The notes under the pieces: model-generated | Told to the model about the DNA's origin: nothing | What the model saw: the letters and a program-made list of their open reading frames with translations, nothing else | Databases searched by the model: none | Part shown: piece after piece, positions 1-11,181 of the stretch | How positions within the stretch are numbered: the stretch's first letter is position 1 | Layout of the letters: each line of letters starts with the position of its first letter | Made by a program: the position numbers and the translations under genes | Assembly (NCBI GenBank): GCA_902494875.1 | Contig: CABUUO010000001.1 | Location: 192,295 to 256,294 of the forward strand | Source of the DNA: an uncultured Pseudomonadota bacterium | GTDB taxonomy: Bacteria > Pseudomonadota > Alphaproteobacteria > RF32 > CAG-239 | Direction: 5' to 3' | Length of the DNA: 64,000 nucleotides

Positions 1-472
1 CGCAATCTTCGCACATTCGGGCAAAATCGACCGCGTTTACCGAGTTGTGGTCCCAGCCTTTGCGAAACTTGACGCTGACTTTCAGCCCCGTGGCGGCAAC
101 GGCGGTTCTGATTATGTCAGCCGCCAGTTTCATATCTTTCATCAGATAAGAACCGGAATTGTTATTGACGATTTTTTTCACCGGACACCCCATATTGATG
201 TCAATTGACGCAGCGCCGAGCTCTGCTGCCAACTTGCAGGCGTCGTCAAACAGCGCAGCCTCTCCTCCGACCAACTGCACCACCACCGGATAGGGTTCGT
301 CGCGGACATCGGCGATTTTATAACTTTTGGGATTTTTGCGCTGAATGGCATTAATTGCCACCATTTCCGAAACCATCTGCCCGCCGCCGAAACTTTTGAC
401 CAGACGGCGCATCGGCTTGTCGGTAATACCGGCCATCGGCGCCAAAAAAACTTTTGAATCAAAATCGAGCAT
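1..472 (-). CDS. tRNA-dihydrouridine synthase (Dus family), N-terminal part; the gene runs off the window start
   Basis: The reverse strand translates from ATG(c470-472) as MLDFDSKVFLAPMAGITDKPMRRLVKSFGGG...DINMGCPVKKIV, with the Dus hallmark motifs. It is absent from the ORF track because it has no stop inside the window. Confidence 0.6.
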   Translation of the reverse strand, partial: MLDFDSKVFLAPMAGITDKPMRRLVKSFGGGQMVSEMVAINAIQRKNPKSYKIADVRDEPYPVVVQLVGGEAALFDDACKLAAELGAASIDINMGCPVKKIVNNNSGSYLMKDMKLAADIIRTAVAATGLKVSVKFRKGWDHNSVNAVDFARMCEDC

Positions 473-476
473 TCAG

Positions 477-1076
477 CTATATCCTGTAATCAAAACTGCG
501 GTTGTACCTGTGCATCAGGTCCAGACGGATCTGCGGCTTGTTGTTAACATTAAAATTGAAAGCATAGGTTTTTGTTGCATATTTTATGTCACTGAAAAAG
601 GACTTTTCCAGTCCGTAACTCATATTAACCGTCGAGGGCGCCGATAATGAAGACTGCCTGTAGGCGGCGCTGACATAGGCGGCTGACGGCAAATCCGCCG
701 AATTGTACAATTCATCCTGAAAACTGACCGGATTCGAACCTTCCGTTGTTCCCGTGTCGGGTGCAATGTTTTTTTCACCGGCGTCGTCTGAAACCTGCCC
801 ACGCGGACGGCGGTCTTTGGCGCCCTCTCCCACCGGCATTTCCTGAACAAAGCGCTGCAACGTATATAAAGATGACGGCTCCAGATAAGAAAAAGCCATA
901 TTTTGCAGACTGTAACTGCCGCCCAGCTCTGAGACTGAGACTTTGTCCGAAGCATTATCCGCCGGCAGGCCGAACCCCTGTCCGCGCTTTTGCACAATGT
1001 TTTTTACGGAATCCGCAATTCCTGACGTCAGCGTCCGGTAGATATTTTGCATTTTATCGGCTGATATTGCGCTCAT
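477..1076 (-). CDS. hypothetical protein, 199 aa, Ser/Ala/Tyr-rich
   Basis: Track ORF. It is tightly packed between the giant coiled-coil gene (10 nt gap) and dus (4 nt gap), consistent with one operon. I recognise no domain. Confidence 0.45.
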   Translation of the reverse strand: MSAISADKMQNIYRTLTSGIADSVKNIVQKRGQGFGLPADNASDKVSVSELGGSYSLQNMAFSYLEPSSLYTLQRFVQEMPVGEGAKDRRPRGQVSDDAGEKNIAPDTGTTEGSNPVSFQDELYNSADLPSAAYVSAAYRQSSLSAPSTVNMSYGLEKSFFSDIKYATKTYAFNFNVNNKPQIRLDLMHRYNRSFDYRI

Positions 1077-1086
1077 CGGCTACCTT

Positions 1087-4000
1087 TTAGTTCAATTTAT
1101 CCAACGCTCTGGCCAGAATATAATATACCTTGCCGATATCAGCGCCGGAAATGACCGACAGCAGAATGCCCGAACGTTCGTTGGTTCTGGCCTTGGTAAT
1201 AAGGGATTCAAACTCGGACAGATATTTGGTTACCAGCGTGCGAAACTCCATATTCTTTTCAAACTCGCCGCGGATGGCCAAAACCTGCTGTTTGGTCATG
1301 GTCTTGGAAAGGTAGCGTACAAAGGCCGCCGTATCGCCGTTATAGTACTTCTTCCAAATTTCTTCTTCCGCCGTCGGGTTAAAGATGCGGTTGATATCGA
1401 CCGAAGCGGTTTCCAGTTTTTCTATAATATAAGAAGCGTCTTTCAGGAAGCTGTCAACACGCACGCCCTCATAGCGTCTTTCAAGTTCGGCCAGCTTGCC
1501 GTCAGCCTTCTGTGAGGTCTCGTTCAAAACCTTAAGCTGTTTGTTGACAATATCGCTGAAAGAGATTGACTTTTTAATGATGTCGTCCCCTTTGGCCGAA
1601 AATTCGTTGGTACTGTCATTTAAGACATTCATAACATCGTTGACTTTTTTCAACGTATCGTCGGTTGCAACGACCAAAACGCCGGATTGTTTCAGGAAGA
1701 CTTCGCCCGAAGAACGGATTTCGTTGGAAATGCGCTCGGCATTGGCGGCAACTTCATTCAAGGTTGCGCGCAGTTTGCCGCTTGAGTTTTCAAAATGGGT
1801 GGAACTCATCTTGGTCGCCTCTTCCATCTGCATACTCAAAACTTTCAGGTTCTCGCCGAGGCCTTTGACCTTTTCATAGGCCATATTGGCACGGTTGGAA
1901 AGCTGGAGCGACGTATCGTTCAAAACGGTATTGAAACATTCCACCAGCTGCTTGGTATCTTCGGAAATCTTAATCATCTTGTCGCTCTGAGCGGAGATGA
2001 GATTGTTGATTTCAAAGACGCCGCTGCTGGCTTCAGCCGTAACCGTATTAAAGTTGGCTATGTATTTTTCATAATCTTTCATTACGTTGCCGATTTTGCT
2101 GCTGGAACTGTTAACGTTGACCGCCAAATCGTCAACCAGCTGGCTCAAGGACATGTTAACCTGCTCGACGTTCTTTATCGAATCACGGGAAGATTTGTTG
2201 ATGTCATCATTGACTTTAAGCAGCCTGTCACCCAGTACATTAAATTCATAGGCTATTTTGGCCGAAGTTTCAAATATGGTATCGGTACTGTTTTTGAAGT
2301 TGTTGTTGATTTCATTAACGCGCTGGGCAACTTCAGTCGAAGTGTCGGAAAGATATTTATACTGCTGCGCCAAAGAAGCCTCGCCCAAACGGGTTTGCGT
2401 CGCCACGGTATTGGCAATGTCGGTCAGAACCTCGCGCTGATGTTCGAAACTTTCGCGGATGGAATCCGTCTGGCTGACGGTCCGGTTTAAAATCTCGTCA
2501 ATATTTTTGGCCTGAGCATCCAAAACATCGGTCGTATTTTTGCTTTCAGCCGCCAAATTTTGATTGGCTGCATTAATCTTATCGCAGTTATCCAAAATAG
2601 AATTGGTAAACTCATCAGAACTGACTGTAAGATCTTTAACCGTATTGTTGAAAACCTGAAAGTTTTCTCTGAAAGCCGCGGCAATCTGCGCAATTTTATC
2701 GGAAATCTGCTGAATGAACTTGCTGACGTCATTGTTCTGCACGGCAATCGACTGATTAACCTCCGAAAGCTTGTCAATTGATTTGACGGAGTTGGCCACA
2801 ACCGCCTCAACTCTTTTGTTGACATCCTCTTCCAAAAGCGTCATCCGGGCGAAAACCTTATCGGCGTTCTGCTCAATGACGGCCACCTGTTTTTTGAGAT
2901 TGTTGCCCATATTGTCGGTGTTTTCGGTCAAGCGGTCGCAAATATTGAAAAATTCGTTTTCCTGCTGTTTGAACAACAGATTAATATTTTCAGCCTTTTC
3001 ATCCAAAAGCTGAACCACATCTGCCACATGGTTGACCGTTGCGCCGGTAATCTTGTCCAGCGTTTCATTCTGGCGGGCAAAAGCCTCCGTAATCTGCTGA
3101 AACGCGTTATCGGAGTTGGCAGTAGCAACATTGATGTTGGCAGCCTGTTTTTCCAAAACCTCGGACACATTCTCCGCACGTTCGGAAACACTCTGGGAAA
3201 CCTTATCCAGCTCCTGATAATGGTTGTTTAAAATACCGTCCATACGAATAACCTTATTCAAGGCCTGATCCGCCGTGTTGTCAAAAATGCCGGCCTGCTC
3301 GTTGAGGCTGGCACTGACCATTTTGGTCTTGGCGACAACGTCATTGCAGGAAGAAAGCGTTTCGCCCATCTGCTGTTTAAGCTGGCTGACAGTCGTTTCG
3401 GCTTCCTGCGTCAGATAAGACGCGGCGCGGGTCAACTCATCGATCTGATATTTGAGCTCAACTTTTATTTCTTCAATCCGGTTGACAGATTCCGCAATGT
3501 TTTTCTGCTGCTGAATCAAGGAATTTTCGCCAACCTTACTCTGAGCCACAACCAAGGACGCAGCCTCTTTAAGATTGTCGGTGTGTTTATTGATAACGCC
3601 GCCGATTTCCTCAAGTTCTTTTCTGGAAACATCTGCCTGTTCTTTCAGTCCGATGGTGCTGGCTCCGAGTTCCTGAAGCAGTAACTTCAAGTTCAGTACA
3701 ATACCGTCACTGACCTTCTGCAAAGTTTCACTGCGGCTTCCGACATCTTCGGACAACGCGGCAGACTTAGCCAGATGCTGTTCAGACAATGCCGATAATT
3801 TGGCGGTATTTTCTTCGGCCGAAGAAACCACATTCTGCATATTGTCAATAATTTCGGCTGAACGTTTTTCCAGAGTAACAGAACCGGCAGTCAGACGATT
3901 TTCCACGCCTTTAATATTGTCAAAAATCTCATCGGAAACGCCCTGAAGCTGATTAACCTGCGTGGCAACGCTCTCTTCTATCAAATTGGAACGAGCAATA

Positions 4001-5091
4001 ATCTTGTCGACTTCCATAGAAATCATGGCGTTGTGATCGCTGAATTTTGAAGTCAAAACGTCGCTTTCTTCATTCAGCTTGCCCAAATACCTTTCAACGG
4101 CTTCGCTCTGGCCGCGCAAAACTTCGTCAATTTTGTTAACACCGCCGTCTATCTTGCCATAGATGTCGTCGCAAACGGATACGGCGCCGTTGGCAACTTC
4201 TTCCAGCCGCGCCGTCTGAGAATCAAGTATCTGGATGACATTGTTTACGCTCTGAGCCGCCCGGTCTCCGAAATCAAGCAATGCCTGATTGGCCTTATCC
4301 ATTTTGGAATTGTTGTCATCGGCCATGCTTTGGAGCAACTGAGACGAGGTTTTGAGCTCTTGAATGTGGGGAATGATTTTGCCGAAAAGCTCGCCGCAGT
4401 TATTTTCCAGACCGGCCGCCGTGGCCGAAAAATCATTAATGTAACCCTTAAACATCTGAGTGGAATTCTGCGCACGTTCGGTCACATATTCAAAATTTTC
4501 AACCAGGGTTTTGACGCCGTCGGACAACTCGACAATCGTCTTGGTAGAATAATTGTCCAGCGTGTTGACAAGTTTGGAGAAATCGTTAACGCGGGCGCTC
4601 AGTTCCTTTTTTATCTTTTCGGTCTGCTCGGTTGCATGTTTGGTAACCTCATGGAGTTCAACCACCTGGGAACGGATGGCGTCAGCCATGGCTTTGGCGG
4701 TGTTGGCGCCGCCGTCTTCGGGATAAACGAGCTGATTCATATATGCGCGAAGGAATCTGGCTTCGTTCTTAAAACTGTTGCCGCGGTCAATATAAGCCAT
4801 AACAACCCAGATAATCGCCAAAGGCAGCGTTATGCCGGCCAGAAACGCACCGAACTCGTCGGGCATCATCAGGAAAAGGTTGGACCAGCCAAAAAACTGA
4901 GTAATGTAAATCAGTACGATGATAAACCAGATTACGCTGATGGAAATCATCAGCCTGGTCAGATTATTGTTTAACCAGCTTCCGTTTTCGGTTTCTTCGT
5001 TATAATTAATGCTGCTGGCTTCAGACATAAACCCCGGCAAAGACGAATCACTTTTGGCCGAGTTGTTATTGTCAACTTGTTGATTTGACAT
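1087..5091 (-). CDS. giant membrane-anchored coiled-coil protein, 1334 aa
   Basis: Track ORF. The N-terminus has two hydrophobic helices (ISISVIWFIIVLIYITQFFGW and FGAFLAGITLPLAIIWVVMAYI). About 1150 aa of heptad-like N/Q/E/K/S-rich helical sequence follows, then an approximately 90-aa C-terminal domain. Confidence 0.7.
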   Translation of the reverse strand: MSNQQVDNNNSAKSDSSLPGFMSEASSINYNEETENGSWLNNNLTRLMISISVIWFIIVLIYITQFFGWSNLFLMMPDEFGAFLAGITLPLAIIWVVMAYIDRGNSFKNEARFLRAYMNQLVYPEDGGANTAKAMADAIRSQVVELHEVTKHATEQTEKIKKELSARVNDFSKLVNTLDNYSTKTIVELSDGVKTLVENFEYVTERAQNSTQMFKGYINDFSATAAGLENNCGELFGKIIPHIQELKTSSQLLQSMADDNNSKMDKANQALLDFGDRAAQSVNNVIQILDSQTARLEEVANGAVSVCDDIYGKIDGGVNKIDEVLRGQSEAVERYLGKLNEESDVLTSKFSDHNAMISMEVDKIIARSNLIEESVATQVNQLQGVSDEIFDNIKGVENRLTAGSVTLEKRSAEIIDNMQNVVSSAEENTAKLSALSEQHLAKSAALSEDVGSRSETLQKVSDGIVLNLKLLLQELGASTIGLKEQADVSRKELEEIGGVINKHTDNLKEAASLVVAQSKVGENSLIQQQKNIAESVNRIEEIKVELKYQIDELTRAASYLTQEAETTVSQLKQQMGETLSSCNDVVAKTKMVSASLNEQAGIFDNTADQALNKVIRMDGILNNHYQELDKVSQSVSERAENVSEVLEKQAANINVATANSDNAFQQITEAFARQNETLDKITGATVNHVADVVQLLDEKAENINLLFKQQENEFFNICDRLTENTDNMGNNLKKQVAVIEQNADKVFARMTLLEEDVNKRVEAVVANSVKSIDKLSEVNQSIAVQNNDVSKFIQQISDKIAQIAAAFRENFQVFNNTVKDLTVSSDEFTNSILDNCDKINAANQNLAAESKNTTDVLDAQAKNIDEILNRTVSQTDSIRESFEHQREVLTDIANTVATQTRLGEASLAQQYKYLSDTSTEVAQRVNEINNNFKNSTDTIFETSAKIAYEFNVLGDRLLKVNDDINKSSRDSIKNVEQVNMSLSQLVDDLAVNVNSSSSKIGNVMKDYEKYIANFNTVTAEASSGVFEINNLISAQSDKMIKISEDTKQLVECFNTVLNDTSLQLSNRANMAYEKVKGLGENLKVLSMQMEEATKMSSTHFENSSGKLRATLNEVAANAERISNEIRSSGEVFLKQSGVLVVATDDTLKKVNDVMNVLNDSTNEFSAKGDDIIKKSISFSDIVNKQLKVLNETSQKADGKLAELERRYEGVRVDSFLKDASYIIEKLETASVDINRIFNPTAEEEIWKKYYNGDTAAFVRYLSKTMTKQQVLAIRGEFEKNMEFRTLVTKYLSEFESLITKARTNERSGILLSVISGADIGKVYYILARALDKLN

Positions 5092-5245
5092 AAATATATT
5101 TCCCCAAATATTTATATTTCCCTGTTTTTTGCTTCAAGCAGCCAATTCTTGCCGCTTGAAACTGCATAGATCTTATAATAAAAATCGGGATTTTTAAACC
5201 TTAAACTACAAGTTTAGAAGTTATCCACAGGAGCCTGAAAGAAAA

Positions 5246-6919
5246 TCAGAACAGGCCGGAAACAACACCGTTTTCATCAACGTCGATTTTTTCGGCGGCA
5301 GGTACGGGCGGCAGTCCCGGCATATCCAAAATGCTGCCGGCAAAAACCACCACAAAGCCGGCTCCGGCGGAAACGGAAACGTCTCTCACCGGCAGAACGT
5401 AACCTTGCGGAGCGTTGAGCAGATTTTTATCATGCGAGACGGAATTTTGGGTTTTGGCGATGCAAACCGGAAAGCGCCCAAAACCGTTTTTGGCATATTC
5501 ACGCAGCTTTGCCGCCGCGATTTCCGAAAATTCGACATCTGCCGCCCGGTATATTTCTCTGGCAACGGTACGGATTTTTTCTTCCAGCGGCAGTTCGTCT
5601 TCATACAAAAACTTAAATTTTGCCGGCCGGTCGCAGGCTTTGAGCGTCTCTTCAGCCAAAGAGAGCACGCCCCGACCGCCTTTGGCCCAGCCTTCGGAAA
5701 CAAGCGCCTTGACGCCGCAAAGCGCCGCTTTTTCTTCTATCAGCGCAATTTCGGCATCCGTATCCGAAGCAAAGCGGTTAACAGCCACCACCACTGGAAC
5801 GCCGTATTTTTGCATATTTTCAATATGAAGCTTTAAATTATCAAAGCCCTTATCAAGCGCGGCAAGATTTTCCTGTCCGAGGCACTCTTTCTCCATACCG
5901 CCGTGCATTTTGAGCGCCCGCACCGTAGCAACGACGACGATGACCGACGGCTTGATGCCGCCGAAACGGCATTTGATGTCCAAAAACTTTTCGGCACCCA
6001 AATCAGCCCCGAAACCGGCTTCGGTTACAACATAATCAGACAGTTTCAGCGCTGTGCGGGTAGCCATAAGGCTGTTGCAGCCGTGCGCTATATTGGCAAA
6101 AGGTCCTCCGTGCACCAGAGCCGGCGTATGTTCCAGCGTTTGAACCAGATTGGGTTTCAGCGCATCTTTGAGCAGCGCGGCCATAGCACCGACAACGTTA
6201 AGTTCCCGGGCCCGGACATCGCGTCCAGTCCGGTCTTTGCCGATGATAATCCGTCCCAGACGTTCTTTCAGATCTGCCATATCGCGTGCCAGACACAAAA
6301 CCGCCATAATCTCGCTGGCAACGCTGATACAGAAATGATCCCGGCGTTCAATGCCGTTGATTTTACCGCCCTGCCCGACGGTTATGTCGCGCAGAACCCG
6401 GTCGTTGAGATCCAGGCTGCGTTTCCAGGTTATCTGAGCAGGATCCAGATTAAGAGAGTTGCCCTGATATATATGGTTATCAATGATTGAGGCCAGCAGA
6501 TTGGCCGCAGCGGTAACGGCGTGAATGTCTCCGGTAAAGTGCAGATTGATATCTTCCATCGGCGCAATTTGCGAATATCCGCCGCCAGTGGCGCCGCCTT
6601 TGGCGCCGAAACAAGGACCCAATGACGGTTCGCGCAGCGCAATGGCCGTCTTTTTCCCCAAACGGCGCAATGCGTCTCCCAGGCCAATCGAAACGGTTGA
6701 TTTTCCCTCTCCGGCCGGGGTCGGCGTAACGGCTGTCACCAAAATCAGCTTACCGTCGGGCAAAGAAGAATTTTGCAGTTTTTTTAATGCGGCATAAGAT
6801 ATCTTGGCTTTGAGGCTTCCGTAGGGTTCAATGTCTTCCGCCGCAAGTCCCGCCTGCACCGCAATCTCTGCAATCGGCTTCAAAACGGCCTGCTGGGAAA
6901 TCATGATATCGCTCCGCAT
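5246..6919 (-). CDS. fhs: formate--tetrahydrofolate ligase
   Basis: 557 aa. SDIMISQQAVLKPIAEIA at the N-terminus, the GEGKST P-loop and overall length match FTHFS. Confidence 0.9.
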   Translation of the reverse strand: MRSDIMISQQAVLKPIAEIAVQAGLAAEDIEPYGSLKAKISYAALKKLQNSSLPDGKLILVTAVTPTPAGEGKSTVSIGLGDALRRLGKKTAIALREPSLGPCFGAKGGATGGGYSQIAPMEDINLHFTGDIHAVTAAANLLASIIDNHIYQGNSLNLDPAQITWKRSLDLNDRVLRDITVGQGGKINGIERRDHFCISVASEIMAVLCLARDMADLKERLGRIIIGKDRTGRDVRARELNVVGAMAALLKDALKPNLVQTLEHTPALVHGGPFANIAHGCNSLMATRTALKLSDYVVTEAGFGADLGAEKFLDIKCRFGGIKPSVIVVVATVRALKMHGGMEKECLGQENLAALDKGFDNLKLHIENMQKYGVPVVVAVNRFASDTDAEIALIEEKAALCGVKALVSEGWAKGGRGVLSLAEETLKACDRPAKFKFLYEDELPLEEKIRTVAREIYRAADVEFSEIAAAKLREYAKNGFGRFPVCIAKTQNSVSHDKNLLNAPQGYVLPVRDVSVSAGAGFVVVFAGSILDMPGLPPVPAAEKIDVDENGVVSGLF

Positions 6920-7100
6920 TATTCATCTTCCATTTTTTTCAAAACGTAACTGAGTTTTTTCAAAGCCTGAATCTGCATTTGCTGTTCGGACAGGCCGACC
7001 GGGACAACGACACAGACCTCGGTTCGGGTTTCCGGCTCGATTGCCGTTACCTTTACGTATTGTCCCTGTCTGGCATATTCAAACAAAACTTCAGCCACGT

Positions 7101-9323
7101 TTATTCTTTCAAGAACTTACCTGACTTCGGAAAACCGAACGGCGCCAGCTTGCCGACCTGTGCGCGGTGGCCAAGCCAGGACAACAGATCGGTCTCGGTT
7201 TTGGTGCCGCCGGCACGATTATAGGTAAAACCGTCAGCCTCATTAAATATCTGGATATCGCACAGACCGCCGTCCTTGTATTTTTGCAGCGTTACGCCGC
7301 GTCCGCGAGCCATGGTCGGTACTTCTTCAACCTTAAAAACCAGAAGCTTGCGATTGTCTCCGATAACGGCAACCATATCGCCGGTAATTTTTTTGCAGAA
7401 AGCAGCGTGCTCACCGTTTTCAACGTTCATAATCTTGCGGCCGTTGCGGGTCTGAGCCATAATATGATTTTCATCGACCAGAAAACCGCGACCGGAATTG
7501 GATGCAATGAGATACTGCGCTTTGGGCTCAAAGACAAACATATCGCAAATGTTGTCATTGATGCCGAGGTCAACCATCAGACGCAGAGGCTGTCCGAAAC
7601 CGCGTCCGCTCGGAATCTCATTGGCGGAAATGGTGAAAAACTTGCCTGAGGTGTCAAACAAAATGATTTTATCCGTTGTCTGAGCGTGAATGGCAAACAG
7701 CAGCGCGTCGTCGTCTTTAAACTTGAACTCGTCATTCAGATCGGCATACCCCTTGAGCGAGCGTATCCAGCCTTTTTGTGACAGGATAACCGTAATCGGT
7801 TCCTTCTCAATGAACGCTTCTACAGGAACGTCCACAATTTCTTCAACCTCGGCGAACTCGGTACGGCGGCGGCCTAAGGCCGTTTTTTTGCCGAATTTTT
7901 CCCGGGTGGCCTTAATTTCTCCGGCCAAAGCTTCCCAGCGTTTCCCTTCATCGGCCATTAAGGCTTCAAGCTCTCCCTTCTCTGCCGAAAGGTCATCGTA
8001 TTCTTTGCGGATTTCCATTTCTTCCAGTTTGCGCAGAGAACGGAGTTTCATATTCAAAATGGCCTCGGCCTGATTTTCGCTCAGCTCAAACTTATTCATC
8101 AACGCGGCCTTGGCGTCGTCTTCTTCACGGATAATGCGGATGACCTCGTCCAAGTTAAGATAAGCAATCAGATAGCCGCTCAAAAGCTCCATCCGGGCGT
8201 TGATTTTATCCAAACGGAAGCTGACGCGGCGTTTCAAAACGTTATGACGATGATCCAGAAATTCACGCAAGACTTCCTTGATGTTCATAACTCTGGGAAC
8301 CGTATCCGAATCAAGAACATTCATATTCATGGCAAAACGGACCTCCAAATCCGTCTGCTTAAAAAGATGCTCCATCAGCAACGCCGCATCAACCGTGCGG
8401 TTTTTGGGCTCCAGCACAATACGCACGTCTTGCGCGGATTCATCGCGAATGTCGCTCAACAGCGGCAATTTCTTGTCCATCAGCAAAGCCGCAATTTTTT
8501 CAATCAGCTTGGATTTGACAACCTGATACGGTATCTCGGTAATGACAATCTGATACTGCCCGTGACCAAGGTCTTCCTTTTCCCACTTGGCGCGAATGCG
8601 GAACGAACCTTTGCCCTGCGTATAGGCGTCTAAAATGGTTGAAAACTTGTCAATGATAATACCGCCGGTCGGAAAATCAGGCCCTTTGATGCGTTTGACC
8701 AAAGGTTCCAGACCGCAGTCGGGATTTTCTATCAGATAGAGCAAAGCATCGCAAACCTCGCTCAGATTGTGCGGCGGAATGTTGGTCGCCATACCCACGG
8801 CAATGCCCATTGAACCGTTGCAAAGCAGGTTTGGCACCATGGACGGCATGACCACAGGTTCGCTTTCTTCCCCGTCATAGGTATCGCGAAAGTCAACGGC
8901 GTTTTCGTTCAGCCCTTCCATCATGGCAATGGCAAATTCAGTCAGGCGCGCTTCGGTATAACGCATGGCGGCGGCACCGTCTCCGTCGATGTTGCCGAAG
9001 TTGCCCTGTCCGTCAACCAAAGGATAACGCACCGAAAAATCCTGCGCCAGACGCACCATGGCTCCATATACGGCCGTATCGCCGTGAGGATGATATTTAC
9101 CGATGACATCACCGACCACGCGGGCACATTTCTTAAAGCCGGACTTAGGGTCAAGATGCAGCTGACGCATGGCATAAAGCAAACGGCGGTGCACCGGCTT
9201 CAAGCCGTCGCGCACGTCCGGAAGCGCACGGTCGACAATGGTCGACATTGCATAAGACAAATAGCGGCTGCTTAATTCTTCCGCAAGGTGGACATCTTTT
9301 ATTTTTTCTACTGCGTCTGCCAT
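7101..9323 (-). CDS. parC: DNA topoisomerase IV subunit A (GyrA/ParC family)
   Basis: 740 aa. The N-terminal GyrA/ParC signature includes HRRLLYAM and the YHPHGD active-site region. The length fits ParC better than GyrA. Confidence 0.8.
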   Translation of the reverse strand: MADAVEKIKDVHLAEELSSRYLSYAMSTIVDRALPDVRDGLKPVHRRLLYAMRQLHLDPKSGFKKCARVVGDVIGKYHPHGDTAVYGAMVRLAQDFSVRYPLVDGQGNFGNIDGDGAAAMRYTEARLTEFAIAMMEGLNENAVDFRDTYDGEESEPVVMPSMVPNLLCNGSMGIAVGMATNIPPHNLSEVCDALLYLIENPDCGLEPLVKRIKGPDFPTGGIIIDKFSTILDAYTQGKGSFRIRAKWEKEDLGHGQYQIVITEIPYQVVKSKLIEKIAALLMDKKLPLLSDIRDESAQDVRIVLEPKNRTVDAALLMEHLFKQTDLEVRFAMNMNVLDSDTVPRVMNIKEVLREFLDHRHNVLKRRVSFRLDKINARMELLSGYLIAYLNLDEVIRIIREEDDAKAALMNKFELSENQAEAILNMKLRSLRKLEEMEIRKEYDDLSAEKGELEALMADEGKRWEALAGEIKATREKFGKKTALGRRRTEFAEVEEIVDVPVEAFIEKEPITVILSQKGWIRSLKGYADLNDEFKFKDDDALLFAIHAQTTDKIILFDTSGKFFTISANEIPSGRGFGQPLRLMVDLGINDNICDMFVFEPKAQYLIASNSGRGFLVDENHIMAQTRNGRKIMNVENGEHAAFCKKITGDMVAVIGDNRKLLVFKVEEVPTMARGRGVTLQKYKDGGLCDIQIFNEADGFTYNRAGGTKTETDLLSWLGHRAQVGKLAPFGFPKSGKFLKE

Positions 9324-9332
9324 AATTTCACC

Positions 9333-10049
9333 CTAAAAACCCAAATTATGCAGCAAATTAGCACGGTTCAGCGGGAATTTCAAGCCGTGAGTTTGAAAAA
9401 AGTTTTTGTTCAGGAAAAACTCGGTCATTTTCAGCAAATCCTTCAGTTCCTGCCGTGTCGGCACATAATTTTGCTCCAGAACAAACTGTGGAAAACTGAA
9501 CAGCCTGTTTTTATAAGGTTCGCCGGCTTCCGCACAGACGGCACGTCCGGTTTTGGGCGACACATATTTCAGATTTTCGGTGGTTCCGGTAGCCGAACAT
9601 TCGCTCAGGTCCAGCGAAATACCGAGAAAGTCAAGAAGATAAAATTCAAAATAAGCATAATGTGTTATCCAATTATCTTCAAGTATCAAATTAAAAAAAC
9701 TGTCAACATAGTAGAAAAGACGTTCCAGAGCCATTTGTTCGGGCATACAGACATTGCAGAGCTCGCAGAAAGAGGCTAAAGCTTCCAAACGGGCGGCATC
9801 GCCGAGAAAATTGACGGCGGTCGGCGCCAGCAGTTCCGTTTTCAGGCTCAGCATATTTTCATCTACCCGGGCATAAGCCTCAACCGCCACCAGATTACCC
9901 AGTTGAAAAACGCCGAGGCTTCTTTTGGTAAAGGCATTCTTGACAAAGCCTACGATTTTGCCGTGATGACGGGTCAAAACGGTCAAAATGGCCGAATTTT
10001 CTCCGTGTTTGCGCAGTCTGACAATGTAACCTTCATCATTAAACTTCAT
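9333..10049 (-). CDS. recO: DNA repair protein RecO
   Basis: 238 aa with RecO-like N-terminal OB region; position next to parC. Confidence 0.65.
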   Translation of the reverse strand: MKFNDEGYIVRLRKHGENSAILTVLTRHHGKIVGFVKNAFTKRSLGVFQLGNLVAVEAYARVDENMLSLKTELLAPTAVNFLGDAARLEALASFCELCNVCMPEQMALERLFYYVDSFFNLILEDNWITHYAYFEFYLLDFLGISLDLSECSATGTTENLKYVSPKTGRAVCAEAGEPYKNRLFSFPQFVLEQNYVPTRQELKDLLKMTEFFLNKNFFQTHGLKFPLNRANLLHNLGF

Positions 10050-10172
10050 TTTTCTTTCCTAAAAACAGCTTTATTCTACGTTTTGGCGGTGAAGAGTCAA
10101 CGGGAAAAGAATTAAGTTGAAAAAAGAGCCGGGATTTCAACCCGGCTCTGATTTTAATAAAAAAGTTCCCAA

Positions 10173-11069
10173 TTAACTTGCTTTTTTCTTGGTTGTGGAA
10201 AGCACAAGCTTGGAAGCCTTGGTTATTCTGTCATACTCCATTAAATTGGATAAAACGGCTTCCATATCGCATAAGGCGATCGTATTCGGACCGTCGGACA
10301 AAGCGTGATCCGGATCTTCATGCGTTTCCATGAAGACGGCCGCAACACCCACGGCAACGGCGGCACGAGCCAAAACAGGAGCAAATTCGCGCTGACCGCC
10401 GGAGCAGCCGCCCAAACCTCCGGGTTGTTGTACGGAGTGGGTCGCGTCAAAGATAACGGGGCAGCCCGTATCCTGAATCATTTGGGGAAAAGCGCGCATA
10501 TCGGTTACCAGAGTATTGTAGCCGAAGCTGGTTCCGCGTTCGGTAATGCATACGTTAGGATTGCCCGAAGCCAAAACTTTTTTCACCAAATTTTTAACAT
10601 CCCACGGCGCCAAAAACTGACCTTTTTTAATATTGACAATTCTGCCGGTCTTAGCCGCTGCAACCACCAAATCCGTCTGACGGCACAAAAAGGCGGGAAT
10701 TTGCAGCATATCAACATATTCGGCCACAACCGCACATTGATTTACTTCATGCACGTCCGTGACAATCGGAATGTTGTTATAGAGTTTTTTGATTTCGGCA
10801 AAGGTACGCATACCTTCTTCAAGGCCGACACCGCGCGGACCGTCAATCGACGTACGGTTGGCTTTGTCAAAAGAGGCCTTGAAAATGTAGTTAATGCCCA
10901 GTTTGCGCGTAATTTCAATCATCGCGCCGGCAATGTCAATCGCGTGCTGCCGGCTTTCTATCTGGCAGGGACCGGAAATAACGGATAGCGGCAGATCGTT
11001 GCCGATTTTTATGCCGTTTACCTCAACAACTCTTTGTTTTTCGGGGAATTCTAAAATTTTATTTTCCAT
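10173..11069 (-). CDS. kdsA: 3-deoxy-8-phosphooctulonate (KDO8P) synthase
   Basis: 298 aa; GPCQIES and KASFDKANR motifs typical of KdsA. Confidence 0.9.
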   Translation of the reverse strand: MENKILEFPEKQRVVEVNGIKIGNDLPLSVISGPCQIESRQHAIDIAGAMIEITRKLGINYIFKASFDKANRTSIDGPRGVGLEEGMRTFAEIKKLYNNIPIVTDVHEVNQCAVVAEYVDMLQIPAFLCRQTDLVVAAAKTGRIVNIKKGQFLAPWDVKNLVKKVLASGNPNVCITERGTSFGYNTLVTDMRAFPQMIQDTGCPVIFDATHSVQQPGGLGGCSGGQREFAPVLARAAVAVGVAAVFMETHEDPDHALSDGPNTIALCDMEAVLSNLMEYDRITKASKLVLSTTKKKAS

Positions 11070-11181
11070 ATTTTACTCCTTTTAGGCATTTGTCCTTTTA
11101 ACACTTTAGGAAAATATGTCAATATTTTTCGTTATTTTGTTCAGATAATAATAAAGCCTCCCGTTGCCGGGAGGCTTTAAG

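Noticed and set aside
1795-2490. Long antisense ORFs in the track, for example 1795..2490 (+), 4330..4974 (+), 14566..15999 (-), 19662..20066 (+), 23788..24588 (+), 34290..34835 (-) and 44721..45317 (+).
   Set aside because: All lie entirely inside well-supported genes on the opposite strand and have low-complexity or repetitive translations. They are shadow ORFs, not genes.
5123-5170. An 8-bp-stem hairpin (CTTCAAGC...GCTTGAAG) with a T6 run next to it, between fhs and the giant coiled-coil gene, that first looked like a terminator.
   Set aside because: Both flanking genes are on the minus strand, and in the minus transcript the hairpin is followed by an A-run, not a U-run. It is more likely part of the promoter region of the 1334-aa gene than a terminator.
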